Assembly (NCBI GenBank): GCA_051531975.1
Contig: JAOPTT010000014.1
Span: 1-64,000 of the forward strand
Length of the DNA: 64,000 nt
Source of the DNA: Spirochaetaceae bacterium
Lineage (GTDB): Bacteria > Spirochaetota > Spirochaetia > DSM-2461
Direction of reading: 5' to 3'
Part shown: positions 18,106 through 26,699 of the stretch, piece after piece
Layout of the letters: each line of letters opens with the position of its first letter
Numbering within the stretch: position 1 is the stretch's first letter
Program-made: the position numbers and the translations under genes
Notes under the pieces: model-generated
Told to the model about the DNA's origin: nothing
Seen by the model: only the letters and a program-made list of their open reading frames with translations
Database searches by the model: none

Positions 18106-20502
18106 ATGAGTTATTTTGGAACACCATCAAAAAGAATGGAAGAGTTCAGAAATGAAGTAGTTAACAGTGTTGCTTCAGTTTGTACTGAACGGGCGATTTT
18201 AACAACAGAAGCTTATAAAGAACATGAGATGCAGCAAACTGTATTAAAACGTGCTTACATGCTTAAAAATGTTTTATCAAAAATGACAATTTTTATAGAG
18301 CCGCAAACACTTATTGTTGGTAATCAGGCTAGTGTTAACAGAGCAGCTCCAATTTTTCCTGAATACGCAATGCAGTGGGTTGCAGGCGAGCTTGATAAAT
18401 TCGACAAACGAGATGGTGATCTTTTTACTATTACAGAGAAGTGTAAAAATGATATCAGATCGATCTACCCATTCTGGAAGGGAAGAACCCTCCATGACAG
18501 GGCCTATGCCGCTTATCCGGAACATGCAAAAAGAATTTACGATCTTGGAATTATCAGAAACGAAGGAAATATTACTTCTGGTGATGCTCATTTAGCAGTT
18601 GATTACAATACTGTTTTAAAATACGGCCTTAAGCACTATCGAGAGAGAACACAGGACAAACTAAACAATCTTAACTATGCAGACTATGAGAGCTTGAAAA
18701 AAAGCTACTTTTACCGTGCCATTCTAATAACTATAGAAGGTGTAGAGGTTTTTGCAAACAGGTATGCAGATCTGGCACGAAAAGAGGCAAAAACAGCTGA
18801 TAAAGAGCGTAGAGAAGAACTACTTACTATTGCAGAAATCTGTAGTAGAGTTCCTATGGGACCAGCTACTACTTTTCATGAAGCTATGCAGAGTTTATGG
18901 TTCACTCAATTAGTACTGCAAATTGAGTCCAATGGACACTCTCTTTCATACGGTAGGTTTGATCAGTATATGCTACCCTATTATGAGCACGATAAAGATA
19001 AGGCAGACCATAACAAATTAGTTGATCAGTTACTTGATAACTTGTGGATAAAATCACTTACCATTAATAAAGTAAGGAGTGCTAGACACTCAAAATATGC
19101 TGCAGGAAGTCCTATGTATCAGAATGTAACTATAGGTGGTTTAACAAAAGATGGAAAAGATGCAGTAAACGAACTGTCTTTTAAAGTACTTCACTCGGTT
19201 GCCAGAATGCATTTAACCCAACCGAACCTCTCCGTAAGATACCACAAAGGGATGTCAAAAGAGTTTATGGATGATTGTATCGAGGTAATAAAACTCGGCT
19301 TTGGTATGCCTGCATTTAATAACGATGAGGTTATAGTTCCCATGCTTGTAAATGCTGGTGTATCTAAGGTTGATTCATATAATTATAGTGCTATAGGTTG
19401 TGTAGAAGTGGGAATCCCAGGTAAATGGGGTTACCGTTGTACAGGAATGAGCTATCTAAACTTCCCCAAAACCTTAATGACCGCCTTAAATAATGGTATA
19501 GATATCAATACCTCCCAGAAAATATGTGAAGGTATAGGGCACTTTAGTGATATGTCTAGCTTTGATGAAGTATTAAAAGCGTGGGACAGTGCTGCAAAAC
19601 AACTAATTGCTATCGGAGTGACTCTAGATAACTGTGCAGATATGGTTGTAGAACAAGAGGTGCCGGATATTTTCTGTTCAGCTCTTGTTGATGACTGTAT
19701 AGAGAGAGGAAAACACCTTAAAGAGGGTGGTGCAACATATGATATTGTAAGCCAATTACAGGTAGGAATTGCCAACTTTGCAGACTCTCTTGCTGCTATA
19801 AAAAAGTTTGTATTTGAAGAGAAGATTCTTACACCAAAAGAGTTATGGGATGTTTTAATGTCCAACTTTAGGTGCCATGATGGAGAAAAAATACGTAGAC
19901 TTCTATTAAGTGCTCCTAAATATGGAAACGATGACGATTATGTTGATGAACTAGTGGTTCGTGGTTACGCAACCTACATAGATGAGATTAAAAAATATAA
20001 AAACAGTCGTTATGGCAGAGGACCAATTGGTGGAGGTTACTTTGCGGGGACATCTTCTGTTGCTGCGAACGTACCCCAGGGTGCAGGAACCCCAGCGACT
20101 CCTGATGGAAGATACAAGGGGGACCCATTGGCTGAAGGTGCATCTCCAACCCATGCTGCCGATATCAACGGACCTACAAGTGTATTAAAATCAGTTACAA
20201 AACTTGATACAAAGAGTATCTTTGGTGGAGTTCTTTTAAACCAGAAGATTAATCCTGATACCCTAATCAATAATAGGGATCGAGATAAGTTTAGTATGCT
20301 TCTAAGAACATTTTTTGATGATCTGGGAGGATATCATATTCAATATAATGTAGTTTCAAAAGAGACACTGCTAGATGCACAACAACACCCGGAAAAACAT
20401 AAGGATCTGGTAGTTCGAGTAGCTGGTTACTCAGCCTTTTTTAATATCCTTTCTACTGAAACACAAAATGACATAATAGCTAGAACGGAGCAGGTTATAT
20501 AG
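18106..20502 (+). CDS. Glycyl-radical enzyme, YbiW/PflF (PFL2) clade
   Basis: Single-Cys loop GCVEV, Gly loop VRVAGYS; segments RAAPIFPEY, TSGDAHLAV, QIESNGHS, GKWGYRCTGMS match E. coli YbiW as recalled. Confidence 0.9.
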   Translation: MSYFGTPSKRMEEFRNEVVNSVASVCTERAILTTEAYKEHEMQQTVLKRAYMLKNVLSKMTIFIEPQTLIVGNQASVNRAAPIFPEYAMQWVAGELDKFDKRDGDLFTITEKCKNDIRSIYPFWKGRTLHDRAYAAYPEHAKRIYDLGIIRNEGNITSGDAHLAVDYNTVLKYGLKHYRERTQDKLNNLNYADYESLKKSYFYRAILITIEGVEVFANRYADLARKEAKTADKERREELLTIAEICSRVPMGPATTFHEAMQSLWFTQLVLQIESNGHSLSYGRFDQYMLPYYEHDKDKADHNKLVDQLLDNLWIKSLTINKVRSARHSKYAAGSPMYQNVTIGGLTKDGKDAVNELSFKVLHSVARMHLTQPNLSVRYHKGMSKEFMDDCIEVIKLGFGMPAFNNDEVIVPMLVNAGVSKVDSYNYSAIGCVEVGIPGKWGYRCTGMSYLNFPKTLMTALNNGIDINTSQKICEGIGHFSDMSSFDEVLKAWDSAAKQLIAIGVTLDNCADMVVEQEVPDIFCSALVDDCIERGKHLKEGGATYDIVSQLQVGIANFADSLAAIKKFVFEEKILTPKELWDVLMSNFRCHDGEKIRRLLLSAPKYGNDDDYVDELVVRGYATYIDEIKKYKNSRYGRGPIGGGYFAGTSSVAANVPQGAGTPATPDGRYKGDPLAEGASPTHAADINGPTSVLKSVTKLDTKSIFGGVLLNQKINPDTLINNRDRDKFSMLLRTFFDDLGGYHIQYNVVSKETLLDAQQHPEKHKDLVVRVAGYSAFFNILSTETQNDIIARTEQVI

Positions 20503-20536
20503 GTCTATAAGAATAGAACAAAAGGAGAGATATTAT

Positions 20537-21268
20537 ATGGAAAAAAATATACTTAAGGGTAAAGTCGCCGTAATTACTGGGGCTGGTAGTGGTATAGGAC
20601 GAGCTATAGCAATAAGGCTATCTGGGGAGGGAATAAATCTTGTTTTATGTGGAAGAAATTATAGTAAATTAGAAGAGACAGAAACACTGGTTAAGAAACA
20701 AGGTGTAAAGACATTAATTCTACAGGGAGATTTAACCGAGGAGGAGTATCTTTTGTCTTTTATAGATAAAGCTGCAGAACATTTTGGTGGAATTGATATT
20801 TTAATAAATAATGCAGGTATGGCATTAAATTGTAAGTTTGAGGATACAAAGGTCTCTGATTTTGATAAAATTATGTCATTAAATGTTAGATGCACTTATT
20901 TTTCCTGTCAAACAGCTCTTAAATGGTTAAAAAATAGTGACAGGGCTACCATTATTAATATCTCATCTACAATGGGCCATAATGCATACCCTGAACAGAG
21001 TGCTTATATTGCTTCAAAACATGCAGTACATGGTCTTACAAAGTCTCTTGGGAAAGAGGTTTATAAGGATGGAATAAGATGCCACATAATCAGCCCAGGC
21101 GGAGTCTATACAGATATGGTGAAAATTGCCCGTCCTGATCTCTCCCCGGAAGGGATGATTTCGACCGAGGAGATAGCAGAAGTTGCTGCTTTTTTTATCT
21201 GTCACAGAGGAAATGCAGTAGTTGACGAGATACAGGTTCATAGGATAGGAAAAGAACCTTACTGTTAA
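20537..21268 (+). CDS. SDR family oxidoreductase
   Basis: TGAGSGIG, NNAG, YIASK; 34 bp after GRE, probably co-transcribed. Confidence 0.93.
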   Translation: MEKNILKGKVAVITGAGSGIGRAIAIRLSGEGINLVLCGRNYSKLEETETLVKKQGVKTLILQGDLTEEEYLLSFIDKAAEHFGGIDILINNAGMALNCKFEDTKVSDFDKIMSLNVRCTYFSCQTALKWLKNSDRATIINISSTMGHNAYPEQSAYIASKHAVHGLTKSLGKEVYKDGIRCHIISPGGVYTDMVKIARPDLSPEGMISTEEIAEVAAFFICHRGNAVVDEIQVHRIGKEPYC

Positions 21269-21476
21269 TTTTTACAGATTAATATATGGCGTCATCCATG
21301 TGTCTATTAACTTTAAGTCTTGATTCATAGCTTTACATATTTAAATGACAACTTTAAATATACTTATAAATATTGTATAAGTGGTATTGCACACATTATC
21401 GACTCTATATAATAGAAAATCATACCCTAATTATTTGTATTGGAGCTAAATATTATTGTTATTCTACTGTCAAGAC

Positions 21477-21501
21477 GACATAATTATAGCATAATAATGT
21501 C
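21477..21501. promoter_or_regulatory. TA operator-like inverted repeat
   Basis: GACATAATTAT-AGC-ATAATAATGTC (one mismatch) just upstream of antitoxin RBS. Confidence 0.55.
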
Positions 21502-21514
21502 ATGGAGTTTAAAT

Positions 21515-21775
21515 ATGCCACAAATATTACCTATTAAAGAATTACGTAATACGACTGAGATTTCCCGTCTATGTCATGAGAAAAATGAGCCGATCTTTAT
21601 TACAAAAAATGGATATGGAGATATGGTTTTAATGAGCATAGAAACATATGAAAGAGATTTAGCTAGATTAGATCTACTTAGTAAAATTGCTGAAGGTGAG
21701 GAGGATGTTAGAAACGGGAATTTAGTTGAAGCAGAATCAGCCTTTAAAGAGCTAAGGAAAGAGTTGTTTGATTAA
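21515..21775 (+). CDS. Type II TA antitoxin, Phd/YefM family
   Basis: MPQILPIKELRN...EPIFITKNGYGDMVLMSIETYE; RBS GGAG before ATG 21515. Confidence 0.92.
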   Translation: MPQILPIKELRNTTEISRLCHEKNEPIFITKNGYGDMVLMSIETYERDLARLDLLSKIAEGEEDVRNGNLVEAESAFKELRKELFD

Positions 21776-22095
21776 TCAATATAAAATCTATCTTACTCGG
21801 AAAGCAAATGGAGATATCCGGGATATATATCGGTATATAAAAGAAGAACTTCAAAATAAGAGTTCTGCTCTAAAAAATATTGATAAAATTGACAATGTGC
21901 ATACATCTGAATAAGGATATTAAATGATTATCCTGAATCAGGATCATCTGTAAAAGATGAATTTTTAGCAAAAAAGGGTTATAGAAAATTATAATAAATA
22001 ATTATATAGCACTTTATACTATTGATGTTAATGAAAAAGTTGTTCATATAATTCGTATTGTATATGGCAAGAGAGATTATCTGGATTTCATATAA
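21768..22095 (+). pseudogene. RelE/ParE family toxin, disrupted by two frameshifts
   Basis: Three segments in different frames: MINQYKIYLTRKANGDIRDIYRYIKEELQN..., IRILNDYPESG...KGYRKL, INNYIALYTIDVNEKVVHIIRIVYGKRDY. Confidence 0.88.
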
Positions 22096-22183
22096 AATCT
22101 GATGCCCGTAGGAATATAGCCATTTCGGCCATGACCATCAAGGAACCAATTACCGATCCATCCAATGTCGTAATTTGAAAATT

Positions 22184-22306
22184 TTAATTCCTGCCCCAAA
22201 TAGTGTCCATTATCTCAGTATCTGGAATCTTGTTGGTTCCCCCATGCATTCTTTGCGTGTTGTAATATTCTATAAATTCTGAAATTATGCTCATAACCTG
22301 AGTCAT
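22184..22306 (-). mobile_element. Integrase-core (DDE transposase) C-terminal remnant
   Basis: SIISEFIEYYNTQRMHGG..KIP matches the 'Y..YYN..R.H' motif of integrase-core domains; no ends or N-terminus seen. Confidence 0.55.
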
Positions 22307-22439
22307 CTGTAAATATCAACAGAGAATTAGAAAGGTTATTGATAATTACGCAGATCACTACGCTAAGTAGTTTAAGTTAACCACTAACATAATAAAAGTA
22401 CTTGAGACTAGAACGTCAATTTACTACATTCATACAGGT

Positions 22440-23654
22440 TTATTTGATCGTTCTAATAAAATCAATGATATTCATCCACTCTATACCTTCTCTATTACCA
22501 ATTGGCATGCGGTCCATTGAGACAACTATTTTCCTGTAATTATCATCTACATTCGCAAGTGGGGTGAATTCTCTTGCAATCACCTGATCAGATGCTAATA
22601 AATATGTTACCTGAACATAGAGTTTTTCACCTTGCCGTACTGCTATAAAATCAATCTCACGGTCTACTTCTTTTCCAACGTATACCTGATAACCATGTCG
22701 TTTCAATTCAAGAAAAACTACATTCTCAAGGAGTTGTGCTATATCGTCCTGCCGATAACCTAGCACACTATAACGAATACCTAAATCAGCAATGAAGTAC
22801 TTTTCCATTCTATCAAGTATTTTCTTAACTTTAACATCATAACGTTTGGCTGGATATAATATCATAGCACCCTCTAATGCCTGAATATAACTGTAAACAG
22901 ATTCTATACCTACTTTCCTTCCCTGATTTCTGAGGTACTCAGCAATTTTCTTAGCACTAAAAATCTGTCCAACATTATCCATTATGTAGATGAAGATTCT
23001 CTCTAGCAACTCTGCATCTCTGATTTTATTTCTTTGAATAACATCCTTTAGTACAACAGAATTATAGATCCCCTTTATATACTGGACCTTCAAATCATCT
23101 ACTCCTGGCATATGATATAGCCCTGGAAATCCACCATATTTTAGATAGTCATTGAATGCTTCTTCCACATCTCTTTTATTATCTTCAGCCACTTCATAAA
23201 AATCAATATACTCATTGAACGACAACGGGTATAGCTCAAGCTCGACATATCGACCTGCTAGGTACGTAGCAAGCTCGCCAGATAATAAATGAGCATTGGA
23301 GCCAGTCAAATAAATGTCACAATCCAAGTCGACCATAAATGATCTAACTGCCTTTTCCCATTCAAACACTTCTTGTATCTCATCAATGAGTATATATGTT
23401 TTCAATGTACGATCTATTTCTTTCCCAGTAACATAATCATAGAGAGATTTGTAATCTTTATATGATTCATATTGAATCGACTCAAAATCAATCTTTATTA
23501 TTTGATTTTCACTAATGCCTTGATCTATGAGGTAATTAGACAATAGTTTCAATAAATAAGATTTCCCGCAACGTCTAATGCCTGTTATGATTTTTATCAC
23601 AGGCGAATCAATGTATTTAATTAACTGATTTATATATAATTCTCTACTTTTCAT
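22440..23654 (-). CDS. AAA_14-type ATP-binding protein with DUF4143-type domain (gene 2)
   Basis: GIRRCGKS, ILIDEIQ, TGSN, YGGFP, ENVVFLEL, EIDFIA. Confidence 0.9.
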   Translation of the reverse strand: MKSRELYINQLIKYIDSPVIKIITGIRRCGKSYLLKLLSNYLIDQGISENQIIKIDFESIQYESYKDYKSLYDYVTGKEIDRTLKTYILIDEIQEVFEWEKAVRSFMVDLDCDIYLTGSNAHLLSGELATYLAGRYVELELYPLSFNEYIDFYEVAEDNKRDVEEAFNDYLKYGGFPGLYHMPGVDDLKVQYIKGIYNSVVLKDVIQRNKIRDAELLERIFIYIMDNVGQIFSAKKIAEYLRNQGRKVGIESVYSYIQALEGAMILYPAKRYDVKVKKILDRMEKYFIADLGIRYSVLGYRQDDIAQLLENVVFLELKRHGYQVYVGKEVDREIDFIAVRQGEKLYVQVTYLLASDQVIAREFTPLANVDDNYRKIVVSMDRMPIGNREGIEWMNIIDFIRTIK

Positions 23655-23670
23655 GCTTTCACCTTTACTA

Positions 23671-23783
23671 TAGTTCTATTGTATCCGAACCAATATCTAT
23701 TTATAAATATAGTTCTATTACATTAGAATTATATCATTATGTTATGCTAGCATCAACACATTAGTTCTTTTATACTAGAACTA
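23671..23783. repeat. Three TAGTTC-N10-GAACTA palindromes upstream of AAA/DUF4143 gene 2
   Basis: TAGTTCTATTGTATCCGAACCA (23671), TAGTTCTATTACATTAGAATTA (23710), TAGTTCTTTTATACTAGAACTA (23762). Confidence 0.8.
23728..23756 (-). promoter_or_regulatory. Sigma70 promoter of AAA gene 2
   Basis: TTGATG-17 bp-TATAAT on minus strand, between palindromes 3 and 2. Confidence 0.7.
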
Positions 23784-24001
23784 ATGTACATCAATTACAT
23801 TTAAACCTACTATAATAGTTTTATTTTCACTCATTCAGGAACATAGTTTCAAATAATTAGCAAATAAAAGATCCTCTTGTAGGAAATGTCCACCTTATGA
23901 ATTGGATAATCCTGTTTACGTATAGCTCATGTTTGGTACAATTAAAGTATATCAGCGCTGGTATAAAAAAAATTAAACTTGAACTTATCTTGGAGGATAT
24001 T

Positions 24002-24241
24002 TTGAAAATTGATATAAAAAAAATGTTGTTTTCGTTCTTACTTATTTTAACTGTTTGTTCTTACACTTTTGCAGCTGGGCAAAAGGAAGCAGAAGCTGAA
24101 GAAGCAGAAGTAAAAGTACAAACCCTTATTTTGACTGCTCACGCTTCATGGATTAATGGAGGGATGGAAGCCCTTGTTGAGTATGTAAATTCAAAATCAT
24201 CTGAAACAGGTGCAATAATTGAGCTTGACCTACCAATGTAA
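24002..24241 (+). pseudogene. N-terminal fragment of sugar ABC solute-binding protein
   Basis: RBS GGAGG + TTG 24002; leader ...FLLILTVCSYTFAAGQKEAE; stops after about 79 codons. Confidence 0.7.
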
Positions 24242-24378
24242 ATAGGAGATTAAATCTATATTTTGGAGACAAATATGGGATATCGGTAAAAAGAAATACC
24301 GGACCAGGTACATCAGTTTCAATACGGATTCCTGCAATATTTGAGGATGAACTCCTGGGGATAATGAATAAATCCTGA
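24232..24378 (+). pseudogene. C-terminal fragment of YesM-type sensor histidine kinase (HATPase end)
   Basis: TNVNRRLNLYFGDKYGISVKRNTGPGTSVSIRIP...* resembles 'NV..RL.LY.G..YG......GT.V.I.IP'. Confidence 0.75.
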
Positions 24379-24388
24379 TTCTCTATAT

Positions 24389-25717
24389 TTACACTAGTAT
24401 TTGTCTTATAAGATTAGGAAGCGCTTCCACAGCATACAATGGAATTGATAATAGATTATCTGTGTAGGATAAAGGATGTTTACTAAACCGGATTCCCAGT
24501 GGTGCTTCCTTCTCCTTCATAAAAATATGTAAGCTTTTTAAAGTACCGGTTTTTCCTCTTTTTACTTCTACCGGTAGAATAGCTGTGCCATACTGATACA
24601 AATAATCCAGCTCAGATTCACTTCCTTTTTTCTCTCTCTGCCAAAAAAATAGTTCTGGTTCTCTGTAAAACTCTAAAAGTGATAAAAGCTGCTGTCCTAT
24701 ATATTGTTCCGCAATTGCCCCATTGTATATACCCAGAAGATCTTCAGAGAGATATGTCTCTCTGTTAATCCCCATTGCTGACTGCATTAAGCCTACATCC
24801 AGAAAAAGAATCTTAAATAAATTTTCTTTCTGATGGGATATCATGGGAATTCCCGATCCGGAAGTTGATTTCACTTTAGTTAATACTTGTGCTTTTAATA
24901 GTAAATTCAGAGCTTTTTTTATTTCACGGCTGTGAACTTCAGAGTTTATTTTTGAATATTTGAATTTCTCCCCTACAATCCCTGGGGTTTTTGTAAAAAC
25001 TGCTTCCAGATATTCATGATTTATCTTTTTACCATATTTACCAAAATCCTGCCGGTAATTTTGAAGTATAGTTAGTAAAATTTCATTTGTCTTATGGAAA
25101 TTTCCACTTTCCAGTCTTTCCTTTACTGCTTCAGGCATCCCTCCGGTAAAGAGATAGGTATTTAATAGTTCTTCACACTTTTTCTCAATCGACTCAGGTA
25201 TGATGTCACTGTATTGCAGCGATTTCAGATATATACGTAATTTTTCTTCGTTAGCTGCAGATAAAAATTCTCCAAATGATAGAGGTTTCAAATATTGGTT
25301 TTGAATTCTTCCGACAGGTATGGAGATATCTTCTGACTCCTGAATAAACTCTAATAGTGATCCGGCTCCAATCACATGAAGATCCGGCATCTTTTCGTAA
25401 AAATACCGTAAAGCTTTTACAGCTTGTGGACTTTCCTGAATCTCATCAATAAAAAGTAGGGTTTTTCCAGGAATAATATTAACATTTAGTGAGAGCTCAA
25501 TAGTATTAATAATATTAAGAGGATCTAAACTTGTAAAACAGCTTTTTAAAGTATGTTGAAGCTCTAAATTAATTTCAACATAGTTATTAAAACAGTGCTC
25601 CCCGAAATATCTGACAATCCAGGATTTTCCAACCTGTCTTGCTCCACGTAGTATCATAGGTTTTCTGTTTTTGTCTTTTTGCCAGTCCAATAATATCTTA
25701 AGAATATCTCTCTTCAT
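24389..25717 (-). CDS. AAA-family ATP-binding protein with DUF4143-type domain (gene 3, longer subtype)
   Basis: GARQVGKS, LFIDEIQ, GSLL, TGGMPE, SELDYL, PVEVK. Confidence 0.9.
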   Translation of the reverse strand: MKRDILKILLDWQKDKNRKPMILRGARQVGKSWIVRYFGEHCFNNYVEINLELQHTLKSCFTSLDPLNIINTIELSLNVNIIPGKTLLFIDEIQESPQAVKALRYFYEKMPDLHVIGAGSLLEFIQESEDISIPVGRIQNQYLKPLSFGEFLSAANEEKLRIYLKSLQYSDIIPESIEKKCEELLNTYLFTGGMPEAVKERLESGNFHKTNEILLTILQNYRQDFGKYGKKINHEYLEAVFTKTPGIVGEKFKYSKINSEVHSREIKKALNLLLKAQVLTKVKSTSGSGIPMISHQKENLFKILFLDVGLMQSAMGINRETYLSEDLLGIYNGAIAEQYIGQQLLSLLEFYREPELFFWQREKKGSESELDYLYQYGTAILPVEVKRGKTGTLKSLHIFMKEKEAPLGIRFSKHPLSYTDNLLSIPLYAVEALPNLIRQILV

Positions 25718-25765
25718 AGTAGTAGTATAAGATAATATGAATAATTTGCAAATAAGTTGTGGATA

Positions 25766-25830
25766 TTTTAGTCTAGTTTTGTCTAAAAGATACGGTTGTT
25801 TTAGTCTAATTTCATCTAAAAGAGACGGTT
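25766..25830. repeat. Two 32-bp direct repeats (33-bp period), each containing TTTTAG-N11-CTAAAA, upstream of AAA gene 3
   Basis: TTTTAGTCTAGTTTTGTCTAAAAGATACGGTT (25766) vs TTTTAGTCTAATTTCATCTAAAAGAGACGGTT (25799); 28/32 identical. Confidence 0.85.
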
Positions 25831-26046
25831 ATCACTCATCAACATCTCCCTACTATTTAAAACAACAACAGTATTTTGATTATTTCAGCATAGAATCAGG
25901 CCAATCAATTATAGCCTTCTAATTAAATTGGATAAGGTAGCCGATGATCTGCTTGAGATTATGAATAAAGATTAAAATCTAATTATTTTCATGGGTCTAC
26001 ACTATTGTCGTGTTGCTATTCGGCACACAATACTCTATAATTATAT

Positions 26047-26328
26047 ATGGTCTTTAACTGGAACACCACGAAGAATGAACTACTTAAAATAGAAAGAGGT
26101 GTCAGCTTTGAAATGGTACAGAGTGCCATTGAAGAGAGACGTTTTAGGTTAGTCGCTCCTCATCCTAATAAAGAAAAATACCCTAATCAGGTACTTTATT
26201 ATGTTCTAATTAATGAATATATCTATGTTGTTCCAGCAGTCCCTGAGATTGGAGGGTATTTTCTTAAAACAATTTACCCAAGCCGGAAACAGACTAATTC
26301 TTACCAGAAAGGAGAGTGGAAAATATGA
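26047..26328 (+). CDS. BrnT-like type II toxin
   Basis: FNWN..KNELLK.ERGVSFE, HPNKEKYPNQ, FLKTIYPSRK; promoter TTGCTA-17-TATAAT ends 5 nt before ATG. Confidence 0.8.
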   Translation: MVFNWNTTKNELLKIERGVSFEMVQSAIEERRFRLVAPHPNKEKYPNQVLYYVLINEYIYVVPAVPEIGGYFLKTIYPSRKQTNSYQKGEWKI

Positions 26329-26612
26329 AAGACCCCTTTAAACCTTTAGATGAATATGAACGAGAACTTATGGAATATACAGAATCAGCTAACTTTGTTC
26401 CTGTAGAAAATGAAGCAGAGCAACTAGATTTATTCCAGCAAGTAGCAAAAAATACAGCAAAAAAAGATCAGAGAATGAATATTCGAGTTACTAAGAGAGA
26501 TATGGAAGGAATTAAAGCCATTGCATTACAAGAAGGTCTACCTTATCAAACATTGGTTGCTAGTCTCATTCATAAGTATGTATTAACAAATCTCAATAAG
26601 CAAATTAGCTAG
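26325..26612 (+). CDS. Cognate antitoxin with C-terminal RHH/CopG-like domain
   Basis: ATGA overlap with toxin stop; KKDQRMNIRV, EGLPYQTLVASLIHKYV. Confidence 0.82.
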   Translation: MKDPFKPLDEYERELMEYTESANFVPVENEAEQLDLFQQVAKNTAKKDQRMNIRVTKRDMEGIKAIALQEGLPYQTLVASLIHKYVLTNLNKQIS

Positions 26613-26699
26613 GGGTAACTTAATAGATTAAATAACTCTACAACCCTACATCTATAAATGTAGTCTGATTTTTACAAAATTATAATATGAGGTGATAAC

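Noticed and set aside
18106..20502. Calling the GRE pyruvate formate-lyase (pflB)
   Set aside because: Lacks the adjacent Cys-Cys active-site pair; activase has a ferredoxin insert
23671..23783. Upstream palindrome arrays as mini-CRISPR arrays
   Set aside because: Only 2-3 degenerate units, short or uneven spacers, no cas genes; positions coincide with promoter elements
23897..24001. Upstream part of the 114-aa ORF
   Set aside because: RBS and signal peptide point to TTG 24002
25737..25922. 61-aa ORF with internal repeat
   Set aside because: Simply translates the DNA tandem repeat; no RBS or motif
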